NCBI RefSeq assembly: GCF_013167455.1
Contig: NZ_CP038328.1
Origin: Escherichia coli O157:H7
Lineage (GTDB): Bacteria; Pseudomonadota; Gammaproteobacteria; Enterobacterales; Enterobacteriaceae
Length of the DNA stretch: 64,000 nt
Reading direction: 5' to 3' (one strand)
Positions within the stretch are counted from its first letter, which is position 1; each line of letters opens with the position of its first letter. Shown in pieces: positions 28,546 through 43,743 of this stretch. Both the position numbers and the translations under genes were made by a program. A model generated the notes under the pieces. That model did not search any database. It had not been told where the DNA came from and worked only from the letters and a program-made list of their open reading frames with translations.

Positions 28546-28873
28546 GATGGGTTTGCTGCGGCGCAGAAAGCACTTTGCGCACCGCGCTCATTACCTGCTG
28601 CGGCTCACGCAGGAATGCGTAGATGCTGCATTGCACATAGCGGCAATGTTCAAATCGCTCGGCACCGGCAAGCTCGATATCCGTAATCAACAGAGCAACA
28701 TCCGCCCGACGGATATCCTCGTCCGCTAAACGATTCTCCGTTCCCAGCGCGCCCTGAGTTTCAATGCTGACTCCCCACTTCTCTAACAGGCACAACTTTT
28801 CCAGCCGTTCCGCCGCCATATATGTATGCGCCACGCCGCTTACGCAGGCGGTTACTGCCACCAGGTATGCCAT
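28532..28873 (-). CDS. frwD: PTS fructose-like EIIB component
   Basis: 113-aa ORF MAYLVAVTACVSGVAHTYMAAERLE (EIIB Cys motif). Confidence 0.9.
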   Translation of the reverse strand: MAYLVAVTACVSGVAHTYMAAERLEKLCLLEKWGVSIETQGALGTENRLADEDIRRADVALLITDIELAGAERFEHCRYVQCSIYAFLREPQQVMSAVRKVLSAPQQTHLILE

Positions 28874-28874
28874 T

Positions 28875-29753
28875 TTAACCTCCCACGGTAACCTGAAATC
28901 CGGCCCGTTCTGCCATTTCGCGCATCGTTGTCACATCGGCTGACGACGGCGCAGGCACCTCTTTCATCGACCATGTTTTCCCCAGCAGGCGGTATTTCGG
29001 TTCGCCGTACTGATGAAACGGTAACAGATGGATCTGCCTGATTTTCAGCGGGATCAGTACATCCAGCGCCTGCTGCATATTCTCCCGGCTGAGCGTGAAA
29101 CCAGGGATCAGCGGTAAACGCGGGATCACGTTGACGCCCTCACTCACCAGCAAACGCAGATTCTCCAGCACGCGTGGCAGGTTCATCTTCACCACATCCC
29201 GCGCCTGAGTCGCGTCCATAATTTTTAAATCGAACAACACTTCATCGCACAATTTCGCCAGCGGTAACAGCTTGCTGGCTGGCGCGTCTCCGGCAGTTTC
29301 AATGGCGCATGACACGCCCCACAACCGCAGCCGCTGTAAAAAACGGGTAGCAAACTCCGCCTGCATTAACACTTCGCCGCCAGAAAGCGTGACGCCGCCG
29401 CCGGACGTGCGAAAGAAAATGTCATCTTTCATCACTTCCCGTTCCAGCGCGTCAAGGCTGATATCGCGACCAATCCGTTCAAACGCCCCGGAGGGGCATT
29501 CATCCGCATCACGCAAACATTTCGCACAGTGCAGACATTTCGCCTCTCTGCGTACCGTCTGGATTTTGCCGGAGATCGACTCCGGATTAGCACACCACGG
29601 GCAAAGATGCGGACAGCCTTTAAAAAAGACCACCGTACGAATGCCCTCGCCGTCATTCAGTGAATAACGCTGAATGTTGAAAATGCGCGCCACATCATTG
29701 CGGCGCGTTTCCACAACGTTACAGCTGATGCGCTGTCCGGCGGATGATGTCAT
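28875..29753 (-). CDS. pflC: pyruvate formate-lyase 2 activating enzyme (radical SAM)
   Basis: ORF track 28875..29822; start placed at ATG 29753 (MTSSAGQRISCNVVETRRNDVARIFNIQRYSLNDGEGIRTVVFFKGCPHLCPWC); CxxxCxxC cluster; start overlaps the pflD 3' end by 35 nt. Confidence 0.9.
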   Translation of the reverse strand: MTSSAGQRISCNVVETRRNDVARIFNIQRYSLNDGEGIRTVVFFKGCPHLCPWCANPESISGKIQTVRREAKCLHCAKCLRDADECPSGAFERIGRDISLDALEREVMKDDIFFRTSGGGVTLSGGEVLMQAEFATRFLQRLRLWGVSCAIETAGDAPASKLLPLAKLCDEVLFDLKIMDATQARDVVKMNLPRVLENLRLLVSEGVNVIPRLPLIPGFTLSRENMQQALDVLIPLKIRQIHLLPFHQYGEPKYRLLGKTWSMKEVPAPSSADVTTMREMAERAGFQVTVGG

Positions 29754-32016
29754 CCTGGATCTCCTTCGACAGTTCGACAAAGAAGGCGCTGTATCCGGCA
29801 ACGCGCACCACCAGCCCGGCATAATCTTGTGGGCGCTGTTGCGCTTCCCGCAACGTGTCGGCGTTCACCACGTTAAACTGAATATGCTGCAACTTAAGCT
29901 GGGTAAACGCCCGTAAGAAGTCGGCCAGTTTGCGTAATCCCGCTTCACCTTCCAGGGTCGCCGGAGTGAATTTCACGTTCAGCAACGTACCGTTAGACAG
30001 CAGCGTGTTATCGAGCTTACTGACTGACTTCAGTACCGCTGTTGGCCCTTGTGCGTCCTGGCCCAGCATGGGTGACAAGCCGCCGTCTGCCAACTGTTCT
30101 CCGGCAAAACGACCGTCTGGCGTCGCGCCAACCACCGATCCCAACGGGACGTGAGCAGAAACGGTATACGATCCCGGCGTGAAGTAACCGCCGCGCGGGT
30201 TCTGGTATTTTTCCACTTCTTTGCAGTAGTGGCGCAACAGTTCGGCGCTAATGTTACCCACCTCGTCGATATCGTTACCGTATTTCTCAAAGCGGTTAAT
30301 TAAGCGAGCGCGGACTTTTTCGCCTTCTGGCGTTGCAAAGTTGGCTTTTAATACCGACAGCAATTCGTCAAAACTTAAACGCTGTTGATCAAAAACCATC
30401 CCTTTCAACGCATGGAGAGAATCGCTCAGGTTGGCGATACCAATTCCCTGTACGCCGGAGAAGTTATAACGCGCGCCGCCATCGGTAATATCGCGACCTT
30501 TTTCCAGACAATCGCTGATAAAAGACGAGAGCAGCGGTACAGGTGCCCAGTCGCGATGGCCGATATCACAAATATTGCTGCCCTCAACCATCAGGGTGAT
30601 GTAGTGGCTGATCTTGGCGCGGATCTGCTCCAGTAAACCTTCATAAGTCAGCGCAGCATTGCCTTCATTTTCATGCAGGCAGATTTCCATCACTTTCAGC
30701 AGATTAAACATCGCGATGTCATGCAAGCCGTAGGTTCTGCCGGGAATAGATAATTCCACACAGCCCACTACGGAATAGTCGCGCGCATCTTCCAGCGAAA
30801 CGCCACGGTTGAGGAACGCTGGCACCACCACTTCATCGTTAAAGATTTGCGGAATACCGGTGCCGAGGCGAATGGTTTCTGCGGTTTTCATCAGGAACGG
30901 CGTGTCGATCAAGGCGTTAGTGCGCACCCCTAGGTTCGGTTGCGGTAATTGTACGCTTTGATAGGCATCGAGGCAGAGGAACGAAAGCACGTTCACCGCG
31001 CTACGTCCGTTCTCGGTTAACCCGCCGAGCAGTGCGGTATAGCCAGTCGGGAAACCTGCGAAATAACGCGCGCTGCTGGTGGAGCGCAACAGCACAATGT
31101 CGTTGCATTTCACCCATAAAGATTCGAGCAGTTCTTTCAGGAACGCCGGATCTTCGCCCTGGGTTAAAGATGCCTGATAGAACGGCAACATATACTGGTC
31201 GAAGCGCCCTAAAGACAGCGAACTGGCGTTGGATTCGTATTGCAGAATGATGTTCATGTACCAGAATAACTGGCACGCCTGCCAGAACGTCTGCGGTTTA
31301 TGTTCGGCGTTATGGCGGGAGATCTCCGCAATAGTCAACAGTTCTTCGCGACGCTGGGCATCAGTGCAGCTTGCCGCCATCGTTTCCGCCAGTTCGGCGT
31401 AACGCAAAATGTGTTTCTGCGAGGCTTCGAGCAGTAACAGCGCTGCCTGATAAAAGTGATTCTCCGGCTGTTGCTGACAATGTTGCTGCATCTGTGCCAC
31501 CAGCTCCCCCAGCCCGTGATTCAGCAGGCGCGGGTAATCAATAATAATGTGCCCCTGGCCTTTATCCGTCTGGTTGATGCTGAAAATCTGCGTGCTAGTC
31601 GCGGCTTTTACTTCATCCGTCATCTGCCCGTTGATGAAATCTTTCATCGAACGTTTTTCCCAGTACGGGAACAACTCTTCGCGGTAGATACGTTTATCTT
31701 CTTCGCTGATAGCAAAACGGTCCTGCGGACGCGTCGGGAATTGACCCAGCTCTTTCAGCAGCCAGTAAGGGTCCATTTCCGGCGACATAATCCCGGCGCG
31801 CGGTTTTACGGTGCGGTTACCGGCAATCAGTTCTTCATCACGAATCGAAATTTCAACATGTTCAAGGATATACGCTGTTGCTTTCGCCCGGCGCAATATC
31901 ACCGGTTCGCCTTCGGTTTGCCGATGGCTGGCGGTATAAAGCAGCGCACGCTCCAGCGAGATTTCACGGGTATTGGCAAACAGTGCAGTTTTGAGGCGAG
32001 AGATACGATTCGTCAT
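29719..32016 (-). CDS. pflD: formate acetyltransferase 2 (glycyl-radical enzyme)
   Basis: 765-aa ORF with C-terminal glycyl radical motif region RVAGYSAFF. Confidence 0.93.
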   Translation of the reverse strand: MTNRISRLKTALFANTREISLERALLYTASHRQTEGEPVILRRAKATAYILEHVEISIRDEELIAGNRTVKPRAGIMSPEMDPYWLLKELGQFPTRPQDRFAISEEDKRIYREELFPYWEKRSMKDFINGQMTDEVKAATSTQIFSINQTDKGQGHIIIDYPRLLNHGLGELVAQMQQHCQQQPENHFYQAALLLLEASQKHILRYAELAETMAASCTDAQRREELLTIAEISRHNAEHKPQTFWQACQLFWYMNIILQYESNASSLSLGRFDQYMLPFYQASLTQGEDPAFLKELLESLWVKCNDIVLLRSTSSARYFAGFPTGYTALLGGLTENGRSAVNVLSFLCLDAYQSVQLPQPNLGVRTNALIDTPFLMKTAETIRLGTGIPQIFNDEVVVPAFLNRGVSLEDARDYSVVGCVELSIPGRTYGLHDIAMFNLLKVMEICLHENEGNAALTYEGLLEQIRAKISHYITLMVEGSNICDIGHRDWAPVPLLSSFISDCLEKGRDITDGGARYNFSGVQGIGIANLSDSLHALKGMVFDQQRLSFDELLSVLKANFATPEGEKVRARLINRFEKYGNDIDEVGNISAELLRHYCKEVEKYQNPRGGYFTPGSYTVSAHVPLGSVVGATPDGRFAGEQLADGGLSPMLGQDAQGPTAVLKSVSKLDNTLLSNGTLLNVKFTPATLEGEAGLRKLADFLRAFTQLKLQHIQFNVVNADTLREAQQRPQDYAGLVVRVAGYSAFFVELSKEIQDDIIRRTAHQL

Positions 32017-32066
32017 GAGGAACTCCTGTGGGAAAGCGAACCCGCCCTTGCGAGCGGGAGAAGAAC

Positions 32067-32387
32067 TTAAGCGGTTTGCGCCAGGTGAGCTTCAATTTTG
32101 CTCATAATGGCATCAGCACGTTTTACCGCATCGCTGATGTTGACGCGCACGATGGTCTTGCCAGCAAAACGCTCTTCAAACTTGATGCCGATATCTTTAG
32201 TCAGAATCACCATATCGGCGCTCGCCACGTCTTCCGCAGTCAGTTCGTTTTCCAGACCAATCGAGCCCTGGGTTTCTACTTTCACTTCCCAGCCTTTCGC
32301 TTTCGCGGCACTTTCCAGCGCCTCTGCAGCCATATAAGTATGGGCAACACCAGATGGACACGCGGTTACTGCAATAATTTTCGTCAT
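32067..32387 (-). CDS. frwB: PTS fructose-like EIIB component
   Basis: 106-aa ORF MTKIIAVTACPSGVAHTYMAAEALE. Confidence 0.9.
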   Translation of the reverse strand: MTKIIAVTACPSGVAHTYMAAEALESAAKAKGWEVKVETQGSIGLENELTAEDVASADMVILTKDIGIKFEERFAGKTIVRVNISDAVKRADAIMSKIEAHLAQTA

Positions 32388-32401
32388 GGCTCGTTCCTCA
32401 A

Positions 32402-33481
32402 TTAATTAATTTCAAAATCCAAATCCAGGTCGTCTTCTTTTTCATCAGTAGAAGATCCATTTTTACGCGCCAGACTTTTCAGCACGTTCACGCAGACTGC
32501 CGTCACAACCGCCCCGACAGCCACTGCTGCGATATAACCCAACTTACCTTCAACCACCGGCAGCACAATCAGACCACCCCAGCCTGCATAGCACTGCGCA
32601 CCGACCAGCGCCGCAGTTACTGCACCACAAACTGAACCAACCATGATGGAAGGAATTACACGTAACGGATCGGCTGCGGCGAAAGGAATCGCCCCTTCAG
32701 TAACCCCAACGCACCCCATCACCAGCGCCGCTTTACCGGTTTCGCGCTCTTCTGCGGAGAAATTTTTACGACCAATCAGCGTCGCCAGCCCCATCCCCAG
32801 CGGCGGGATACAAATACCCACGGCAGCAATGGCCACCACGGTATAAACACCCTGAGCAACGCAAATCAGCATGAAGGCATAGGCCACTTTGTTAACCGGA
32901 CCGCCCATATCGAACGCCAGCATCAGACCCATGATCACCGCCAGCATAACAATGCTGCCCTGCTGCATCCCCTGAAGCCACTGAGTCAGGCTGTTGGTCA
33001 ACGCCCCTACAGGCTCGCCCAGACCCCACATCATGATGCCTGCGGTAATCAGTGTGCCGACGATCGGAATGATGAAGATGGGCATCACCGAGCGCAGAAC
33101 TTTATGCACCGGAATTTTCTTCAGGTAATGCACCACGATGCCGCCGATAATCCCGGCGATCAGTGCACCAAAGAAGCCCGCACCAAAGCTGTTACCAACC
33201 CAGGCACCGATAGCGCACGGAGCCAGCGCAGAACGCTCTGCAATGGAGTAACCGATGTAAGCGGCGAGGAAAGGCACCATCAGCGTCAAACCTGCAACGC
33301 CGATATCAAACAGTTTTTTCAGATTCGGATCGGCTACGGCATCCGGCACTGCGCCTTTGCCATACAACATGACGGAAACCGCCAGCAAAATACCGCCCGA
33401 TACCACGAAGGGAATCATGTGTGAAACGCCCGTCATTAAATGCTGACGGGTATTTTTCAGGATCTGCACCAACTCATTCAT
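32402..33481 (-). CDS. frwC: PTS fructose-like EIIC permease component
   Basis: 359-aa polytopic membrane ORF. Confidence 0.9.
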   Translation of the reverse strand: MNELVQILKNTRQHLMTGVSHMIPFVVSGGILLAVSVMLYGKGAVPDAVADPNLKKLFDIGVAGLTLMVPFLAAYIGYSIAERSALAPCAIGAWVGNSFGAGFFGALIAGIIGGIVVHYLKKIPVHKVLRSVMPIFIIPIVGTLITAGIMMWGLGEPVGALTNSLTQWLQGMQQGSIVMLAVIMGLMLAFDMGGPVNKVAYAFMLICVAQGVYTVVAIAAVGICIPPLGMGLATLIGRKNFSAEERETGKAALVMGCVGVTEGAIPFAAADPLRVIPSIMVGSVCGAVTAALVGAQCYAGWGGLIVLPVVEGKLGYIAAVAVGAVVTAVCVNVLKSLARKNGSSTDEKEDDLDLDFEIN

Positions 33482-33789
33482 AAGCTGCTCCCGGGCTTGC
33501 GAAAGCCCATGTCCATATTTTTGATGGAGGAAACAATAGGCAATCGCAGGCGGAGCAAACAGTGGATAAAAAGGCCATTTACTGGACTTTTGTAATATCA
33601 GTACAAAAATGCGATCCGCCTCATAACTTGCGATAATCCGGAAGCATGCCGCAAAACGGCGTCTTGTGAGACGCGTCGCAAATTGACGGTTACATTACAT
33701 TTGTCCAGCTTTTGGCAGATTTGTCACATGGCAGGCCGTTGCCGTGCGCTCTTATCCTGTAAACAGAAAACCGTACCGGGAGAGAGGCA

Positions 33790-36291
33790 ATGGCCCTGAT
33801 TGTGGAATTTATTTGTGAGCTACCTAACGGCGTACATGCACGTCCGGCAAGCCACGTTGAAACGCTGTGTAATACTTTTTCATCACAAATTGAGTGGCAT
33901 AACCTGCGCACTGACCGCAAGGGCAACGCCAAAAGCGCCCTTGCGCTGATTGGCACCGACACGCTGGCGGGCGATAACTGCCAGTTACTGATTTCCGGGG
34001 CCGACGAACAGGAAGCGCACCAGCGTTTAAGCCAATGGCTGCGCGATGAATTCCCCCACTGCGATGCGCCGCTGGCGGAAGTTAAATCTGACGAACTGGA
34101 ACCACTGCCGGTTTCACTGACCAATCTGAATCCGCAAATTATCCGCGCCCGCACCGTGTGCAGCGGTAGCGCAGGCGGCATTCTGACGCCGATCTCTTCT
34201 TTAGATCTCAATGCGCTGGGTAATCTTCCCGCAGCCAAAGACGTTGACGCCGAGCAATCCGCACTGGAAAACGGCCTGACGCTGGTACTGAAAAACATTG
34301 AGTTTCGTCTGCTGGATAGCGACGGTGCCACCAGCGCGATTCTGGAAGCGCACCGATCCCTGGCTGGCGATACTTCCCTGCACGAACATTTACTGGCAGG
34401 CGTCAGCGCCGGATTAAGCTGCGCCGAAGCGATTGTCGCCAGTGCGAATCACTTTTGTGAAGAGTTTTCCCGTTCCAGCAGCAGCTACCTGCAAGAACGT
34501 GCCCTGGACGTACGCGATGTCTGCTTCCAGCTGCTTCAGCAAATCTACGGTGAGCAACGCTTCCCGGCACCGGGCAAACTGACGCAGCCCGCCATTTGTA
34601 TGGCTGATGAACTAACCCCCAGCCAGTTCCTCGAACTGGATAAAAATCACCTCAAAGGTCTGTTACTGAAAAGTGGCGGCACCACCTCACATACCGTAAT
34701 TCTTGCCCGTTCGTTCAACATTCCGACACTGGTTGGTGTAGATATTGATGCCCTTACTCCGTGGCAGCATCAAACGATTTATATCGACGGCAACGCCGGG
34801 GCGATTGTGGTTGAGCCAGGGGAAGCCGTAGCTCGTTATTATCAGCAAGAAGCCCGCGTACAGGACGCCCTGCGTGAGCAACAGCGTGTCTGGCTGACCC
34901 AACAAGCCCGTACCGCTGACGGTATCCGCATTGAAATTGCCGCTAACATCGCTCACTCCGTGGAAGCGCAGGCCGCATTCGGCAATGGTGCGGAAGGCGT
35001 CGGTTTGTTCCGCACTGAAATGCTCTATATGGATCGCACCAGCGCACCGGGCGAAAGCGAGTTGTACAACATTTTTTGTCAAGCGCTGGAGTCCGCCAAC
35101 GGACGCAGCATTATTGTGCGCACTATGGATATTGGCGGTGACAAACCCGTTGATTATCTGAACATTCCGGCAGAAGCTAACCCGTTCCTCGGTTATCGCG
35201 CGGTGCGTATTTATGAAGAATACGCCTCGCTGTTCACCACACAACTACGGTCGATCCTCCGTGCCTCTGCTCACGGCAGCCTGAAAATCATGATCCCGAT
35301 GATCTCCTCAATGGAAGAGATCTTATGGGTGAAAGAAAAACTGGCGGAAGCCAAACAGCAACTGCGTAACGAACACATTCCGTTTGATGAGAAGATCCAG
35401 CTCGGCATCATGCTGGAAGTGCCGTCGGTGATGTTCATCATCGATCAATGCTGCGAAGAGATTGATTTCTTTAGTATTGGTAGTAATGACCTGACGCAAT
35501 ATCTGCTGGCAGTGGATCGCGATAACGCTAAGGTTACTCGTCACTACAACAGCCTGAATCCGGCATTCTTGCGGGCGCTCGATTACGCCGTGCAAGCGGT
35601 GCATCGCCAGGGCAAATGGATTGGTCTGTGCGGTGAGCTGGGAGCGAAAGGTTCCGTGCTGCCGTTGCTGGTCGGCTTAGGGCTGGATGAACTCAGCATG
35701 AGCGCACCATCAATTCCGGCGGCGAAAGCGCGGATGGCGCAACTTGATAGCCGTGAGTGCCGCAAGTTGCTCAACCAGGCAATGGTCTGCCGTACTTCGC
35801 TGGAAGTGGAACACCTGCTGGCGCAATTCCGCATGACCCAACAAGACGCACCGCTGGTCACCGCCGAGTGCATCACACTGGAAAGCGACTGGCGCAGCAA
35901 AGAAGAAGTGCTCAAAGGCATGACCGATAACCTGCTGCTGGCGGGCCGCTGCCGCTATCCGCGTAAACTGGAAGCCGACTTGTGGGCGCGCGAGGCCGTT
36001 TTCTCTACCGGTCTGGGCTTTAGTTTTGCCATTCCCCACAGCAAATCAGAACACATTGAGCAATCCACCATCAGCGTAGCGCGTCTGCAAGCGCCGGTGC
36101 GCTGGGGCGATGATGAAGCGCAATTCATCATTATGTTAACCCTGAACAAACACGCTGCGGGCGATCAGCATATGCGCATTTTCTCGCGCCTCGCTCGCCG
36201 CATCATGCACGAAGAATTCCGTAACGCGCTGGTTAACGCCGCCTCTGCCGACGCTATCGCCAGCCTGCTGCAACATGAACTGGAACTGTAA
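33790..36291 (+). CDS. ptsA: multiphosphoryl transfer protein (HPr-like + enzyme I-like + EIIA domains)
   Basis: 833-aa [34 protein letters not shown]-utilising domain ([21 protein letters not shown]), C-terminal EIIA. Confidence 0.93.
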
Positions 36292-36302
36292 AAGGAAACA
36301 TC

Positions 36303-36965
36303 ATGGAACTGTATCTGGACACCGCTAACGTCGCAGAAGTCGAACGTCTGGCACACATATTCCCGATTGCCGGGGTGACAACTAACCCGAGCATTATCGC
36401 TGCCAGCAAGGAGTCCATATGGGAAGTGCTGCCGCGTCTGCAAAAAGCGATTGGTGATGAGGGCATTCTGTTTGCTCAGACCATGAGCCGCGACGCGCAG
36501 GGGATGGTGGAAGAAGCGAAGCGTCTGCGCGATGCCATTCCGGGCATTGTGGTGAAAATCCCGGTGACTTCCGAAGGTCTGGCAGCAATTAAAATACTGA
36601 AAAAAGAGGGTATTACTACACTTGGCACTGCTGTATATAGCGCCGCACAAGGGTTATTAGCCGCACTGGCAGGGGCAAAATACGTTGCTCCGTATGTTAA
36701 CCGCGTGGATGCCCAGGGCGGGGACGGCATTCGTACGGTTCAGGAGCTGCAAGCGCTGTTAGAAATGCACGCACCAGAAAGCATGGTGCTGGCGGCCAGC
36801 TTTAAAACGCCGCGTCAGGCGCTGGACTGTTTACTGGCAGGATGTGAATCCATCACCCTGCCCTTAGATGTAGCGCAACAAATGCTCAACACCCCTGCGG
36901 TAGAGTCAGCTATAGAGAAGTTCGAACACGACTGGAATGCCGCATTTGGCACTACTCATCTCTAA
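36303..36965 (+). CDS. fsaB: fructose-6-phosphate aldolase 2
   Basis: 220-aa [35 protein letters not shown] (transaldolase-like). Confidence 0.93.
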
Positions 36966-36975
36966 AGGAGCAATT

Positions 36976-38079
36976 ATGGACCGCATTATTCAATCACCGG
37001 GTAAATACATCCAGGGCGCTGATGTGATTAATCGTCTGGGCGAATACCTGAAGCCGCTGGCAGAACGCTGGTTAGTGGTGGGTGACAAATTTGTTTTAGG
37101 TTTTGCTCAATCCACTGTCGAGAAAAGCTTTAAAGATGCTGGACTGGTAGTAGAGATTGCGCCGTTTGGCGGTGAATGTTCGCAAAATGAGATCGACCGT
37201 CTGCGTGGCATCGCGGAGACTGCGCAGTGTGGCGCAATTCTCGGTATCGGTGGCGGAAAAACCCTCGATACAGCCAAAGCACTGGCACATTTCATGGGTG
37301 TTCCGGTCGCCATTGCCCCGACCATTGCTTCAACCGACGCACCTTGTAGCGCTCTTTCCGTTATCTACACTGACGAAGGTGAATTTGACCGCTATCTGCT
37401 GCTGCCAAATAACCCGAATATGGTGATTGTCGATACTAAAATCGTCGCGGGCGCACCTGCGCGTCTGTTAGCGGCGGGTATCGGCGATGCGCTGGCGACC
37501 TGGTTTGAAGCGCGTGCCTGCTCTCGTAGCGGTGCGACCACCATGGCGGGCGGCAAGTGCACTCAGGCGGCGCTGGCGCTGGCTGAACTGTGCTACAACA
37601 CCTTGCTGGAAGAAGGCGAAAAAGCGATGCTCGCCGCCGAACAGCATGTAGTGACTCCGGCACTGGAACGCGTGATTGAAGCGAACACTTATTTAAGCGG
37701 TGTTGGCTTTGAAAGCGGTGGTCTGGCGGCAGCGCACGCGGTGCATAATGGCCTGACTGCCATTCCTGATGCCCATCACTATTATCACGGTGAAAAAGTG
37801 GCATTTGGTACACTGACGCAGCTGGTACTGGAAAACTCGCCGGTTGAGGAAATCGAAACCGTAGCTGCGCTTAGCCATGCGGTAGGTTTGCCAATAACTC
37901 TCGCTCAACTGGATATTAAAGAAGATGTCCCGGCGAAAATGCGAATTGTGGCAGAAGCGGCATGTGCAGAAGGTGAAACCATCCACAACATGCCTGGCGG
38001 CGCGACGCCAGATCAGGTTTACGCCGCTCTGCTGGTAGCCGACCAGTACGGTCAGCGTTTCCTGCAAGAGTGGGAATAA
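36976..38079 (+). CDS. gldA: glycerol dehydrogenase
   Basis: ORF track 36937..38079; start placed at ATG 36976 ([25 protein letters not shown]) preceded by AAAGGAG RBS. Confidence 0.93.
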   Translation: MDRIIQSPGKYIQGADVINRLGEYLKPLAERWLVVGDKFVLGFAQSTVEKSFKDAGLVVEIAPFGGECSQNEIDRLRGIAETAQCGAILGIGGGKTLDTAKALAHFMGVPVAIAPTIASTDAPCSALSVIYTDEGEFDRYLLLPNNPNMVIVDTKIVAGAPARLLAAGIGDALATWFEARACSRSGATTMAGGKCTQAALALAELCYNTLLEEGEKAMLAAEQHVVTPALERVIEANTYLSGVGFESGGLAAAHAVHNGLTAIPDAHHYYHGEKVAFGTLTQLVLENSPVEEIETVAALSHAVGLPITLAQLDIKEDVPAKMRIVAEAACAEGETIHNMPGGATPDQVYAALLVADQYGQRFLQEWE

Positions 38080-38087
38080 CCTACTCC

Positions 38088-38232
38088 AAACTCCCGGCTT
38101 GTCCGGGAGTTTGAACGCAAAATTGCCTGATGCGCTACGCTTATCAGGCCTACGCAATCTCTGCAATATATTGAATTTGCGTGCTTTTTAGGCCAGATAA
38201 GACGTTCACGCCGCATCCGGCACTCTGTGCCA
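38088..38232. repeat. terminator hairpin plus BIME / REP cluster downstream of gldA
   Basis: AAACTCCCGGCTTGTCCGGGAGTTT hairpin, then GCCTGATGCGCTACGCTTATCAGGCCTAC and GCCAGATAAGACGTTCACGCCGCATCCGGCAC REP units. Confidence 0.8.
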
Positions 38233-38352
38233 GTAATCTGAAACTCCCACGTTGTTCAGGAATTTTTTATCCGCTTCTGGACATTTTCTCTACAGAACAA
38301 TCGTTAGCCCGGAAGGTCGAATCTGTGACTCTTATTTTCACGGACGAAACAG

Positions 38353-38970
38353 ATGAAAGCTTCACTGGCGCTGGTCAGCCTGCTAACGGCATTTACCAGC
38401 TACTCCTTAAAATCTCCCGCCATTCCACCAACCGTGGTACAAATCCAGGCCAATACCAACCTTGCCATCGCAGACGGTGCCAGACAGCAAATCGGCAGCA
38501 CGCTATTTTACGATCCGGCGTATGTGCAGCTTACCTATCCTGGCGGTGATGTCCCGCAAGAACGCGGGGTATGTTCCGATGTGGTGATCCGTGCATTGCG
38601 CAGCCAGAAGGTCGATTTGCAGAAACTGGTGCACGAAGATATGGCGAAGAATTTTGCCGAGTACCCGCAAAAATGGCAGTTAAAGCGCCCGGACAGCAAC
38701 ATCGATCACCGTCGGGTGCCTAATCTGGAAACCTGGTTTACCCGCCACGATAAAACACGCCCCATCAGCAAGAACCCCAGTGACTATCAAGCGGGCGATA
38801 TTGTCTCCTGGCGATTAGATAACGGGCTGGCACATATTGGGGTGGTTTCAGATGGCTTCGCCCGCGACGGTACGCCGCTGGTGATACATAACATTGGCGC
38901 AGGTGCGCAGGAAGAAGATGTGCTGTTTAGCTGGCGCATGGTGGGGCATTATCGTTATTTTGTTAAATAA
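38353..38970 (+). CDS. yijF: DUF1287-family secreted protein YijF
   Basis: 205-aa ORF with N-terminal signal peptide MKASLALVSLLTAFTSYS. Confidence 0.9.
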   Translation: MKASLALVSLLTAFTSYSLKSPAIPPTVVQIQANTNLAIADGARQQIGSTLFYDPAYVQLTYPGGDVPQERGVCSDVVIRALRSQKVDLQKLVHEDMAKNFAEYPQKWQLKRPDSNIDHRRVPNLETWFTRHDKTRPISKNPSDYQAGDIVSWRLDNGLAHIGVVSDGFARDGTPLVIHNIGAGAQEEDVLFSWRMVGHYRYFVK

Positions 38971-38996
38971 GCGATCGCCCCACATGAAGAAAAAAT

Positions 38997-39902
38997 TCAG
39001 ATCCTTTTTACACTAACGGCTTCTTTTTTCTTACGGCTCACCAGCGCCAGTGCCAGCACAATCAGCACAATACCGCTACCTTCAACGGCCCCCGGATTCT
39101 CACCGAGCAGCCACCAGGAAAAGAGTACGCCGCAAACGGGAACGGCCAGTGTGCTTAAGCTGGCAATACTGGCAGGCAAGTTTTTCAGCACAAACAGCCA
39201 TAAGCTCCACGCCAACGCCGTCGCCAGAATCGCACTGTAGGCCAGAGCCCAGAACACAGTGGGCTGCCAGTCAATTTCACGTTGCGGCACCAGTAAAGCG
39301 ACCACACTCATCACCAGCGCCGCATAGAGCATCTGCCAGGATGTTAACGACAATAAATCCACGCGCGGATGACGGGCATACAGACGTTTAGCAACAATCG
39401 CGCTCGCCCCCCAACTAACACCGGAGAGGATTGCCAGCATGGCACTTTTCATCGAAGAGAAATCGAGTTGCCACGGCTGCAACACCAAAAATAAGCCGAA
39501 AGCGGCAATCAGAATCGCGAAATATTGCCCACGTCGCAGGCGTTCACCGAGAAACACCGCGGCGAAAATCACCACCCAGAACGGCATGGTATAGCTCAGG
39601 ATCGCCACCTTCCCCGCTCCGCCGCTGACCAGCGCCCACTGCGCCAGGCCAACCATCCCGCAGGTTTGTAACAGGGCAATGGCTAAGGTGTATTTAAACG
39701 GTGTCGGGCGCATTCCGCGACCACGTAATAAAAGGACGATGAATAAAACGAGAGCGCCGAAAATGCAGCGTAAGGCGGTAAAGTCGAAGGCACCGATGTA
39801 GCTGGTGACTTGCTTCATGAAAATCCAGCTATAACTCCAGATAAGTGTGAGCACAACCAGGCCACTGATTGCCAGTGGGTTGCTCTTTCCTGCGGCAGAC
39901 AT
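38997..39902 (-). CDS. yijE: EamA/DMT-family transporter YijE
   Basis: ORF track 38997..39935; start placed at ATG 39902 ([22 protein letters not shown]); about 10 TM segments. Confidence 0.88.
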   Translation of the reverse strand: MSAAGKSNPLAISGLVVLTLIWSYSWIFMKQVTSYIGAFDFTALRCIFGALVLFIVLLLRGRGMRPTPFKYTLAIALLQTCGMVGLAQWALVSGGAGKVAILSYTMPFWVVIFAAVFLGERLRRGQYFAILIAAFGLFLVLQPWQLDFSSMKSAMLAILSGVSWGASAIVAKRLYARHPRVDLLSLTSWQMLYAALVMSVVALLVPQREIDWQPTVFWALAYSAILATALAWSLWLFVLKNLPASIASLSTLAVPVCGVLFSWWLLGENPGAVEGSGIVLIVLALALVSRKKKEAVSVKRI

Positions 39903-39956
39903 GAGAGATCCAGTGTGTAGTTTTCCTGTGGACACTATACGCCGGTAAAGAAACTT

Positions 39957-39983
39957 CAGCGACTGCCTGAAAGGCAGTCGCTG
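39957..39983 (-). terminator. hairpin downstream of katG
   Basis: CAGCGACTGCCTGAAAGGCAGTCGCTG perfect inverted repeat immediately 3' of the katG stop; T-run is weak. Confidence 0.5.
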
Positions 39984-39995
39984 AAGAAGGTCAGA

Positions 39996-42230
<2,235 letters not shown>

Positions 42231-42504
42231 TTATAATTGAATTAATCCACGGATGCGATAGTTGAGATCTTACATATTGTTGGTTAAAGAGATGTAGATC
42301 AAATTGATCGTAATTAAGCTTTTTTGATTATGTCCGAATTCGGACAAATGCTTTATAAAAAAGGGTTTTAGCTTCATATCCTTCAAGTAATGAGGGAGAA
42401 AACAAGGCTGATAACCTTATTTTCCCGCCCTCATTTCGAGGCAGCATTTTGTGCTCTGTTTAAAATTTGTGATCACTGTGTGATTTTCATAAAAGCCACA
42501 CTAT

Positions 42505-43398
<894 letters not shown>

Positions 43399-43452
43399 TT
43401 ACCTCATCAATCGCTTGTAGTTATATGTTGTGTTGTGCACATCCATCCGTTT

Positions 43453-43476
43453 AGACGTCCAGATGTAAAGATGAAG
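43453..43476. promoter_or_regulatory. MetJ operator (tandem met boxes) upstream of metF
   Basis: AGACGTCC AGATGTAA AGATGAAG, three contiguous 8-bp units resembling the AGACGTCT met box. Confidence 0.7.
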
Positions 43477-43743
43477 GAAAAGCCGAAGGGCGTCAACCGA
43501 AAAATGACCAATGATGGTGAGGAAAAATCAGGGAAGATGAAAAAACTTCAGGATGGTAAGAAAAAGAAAATCCGGTATGCAAAGCAAACCGGACTGCAAA
43601 TATAAACTAACCATGTACTTATTGCTTCTTGCCGGATTCGTCGTAAACGCTTCATCCGGCCTAATCCTATGATAATTCAATATATTTCATTAGAAACCAT
43701 AAACCCGAAAACATGAGTACCGGGCATTATTAAATTTCTGAAA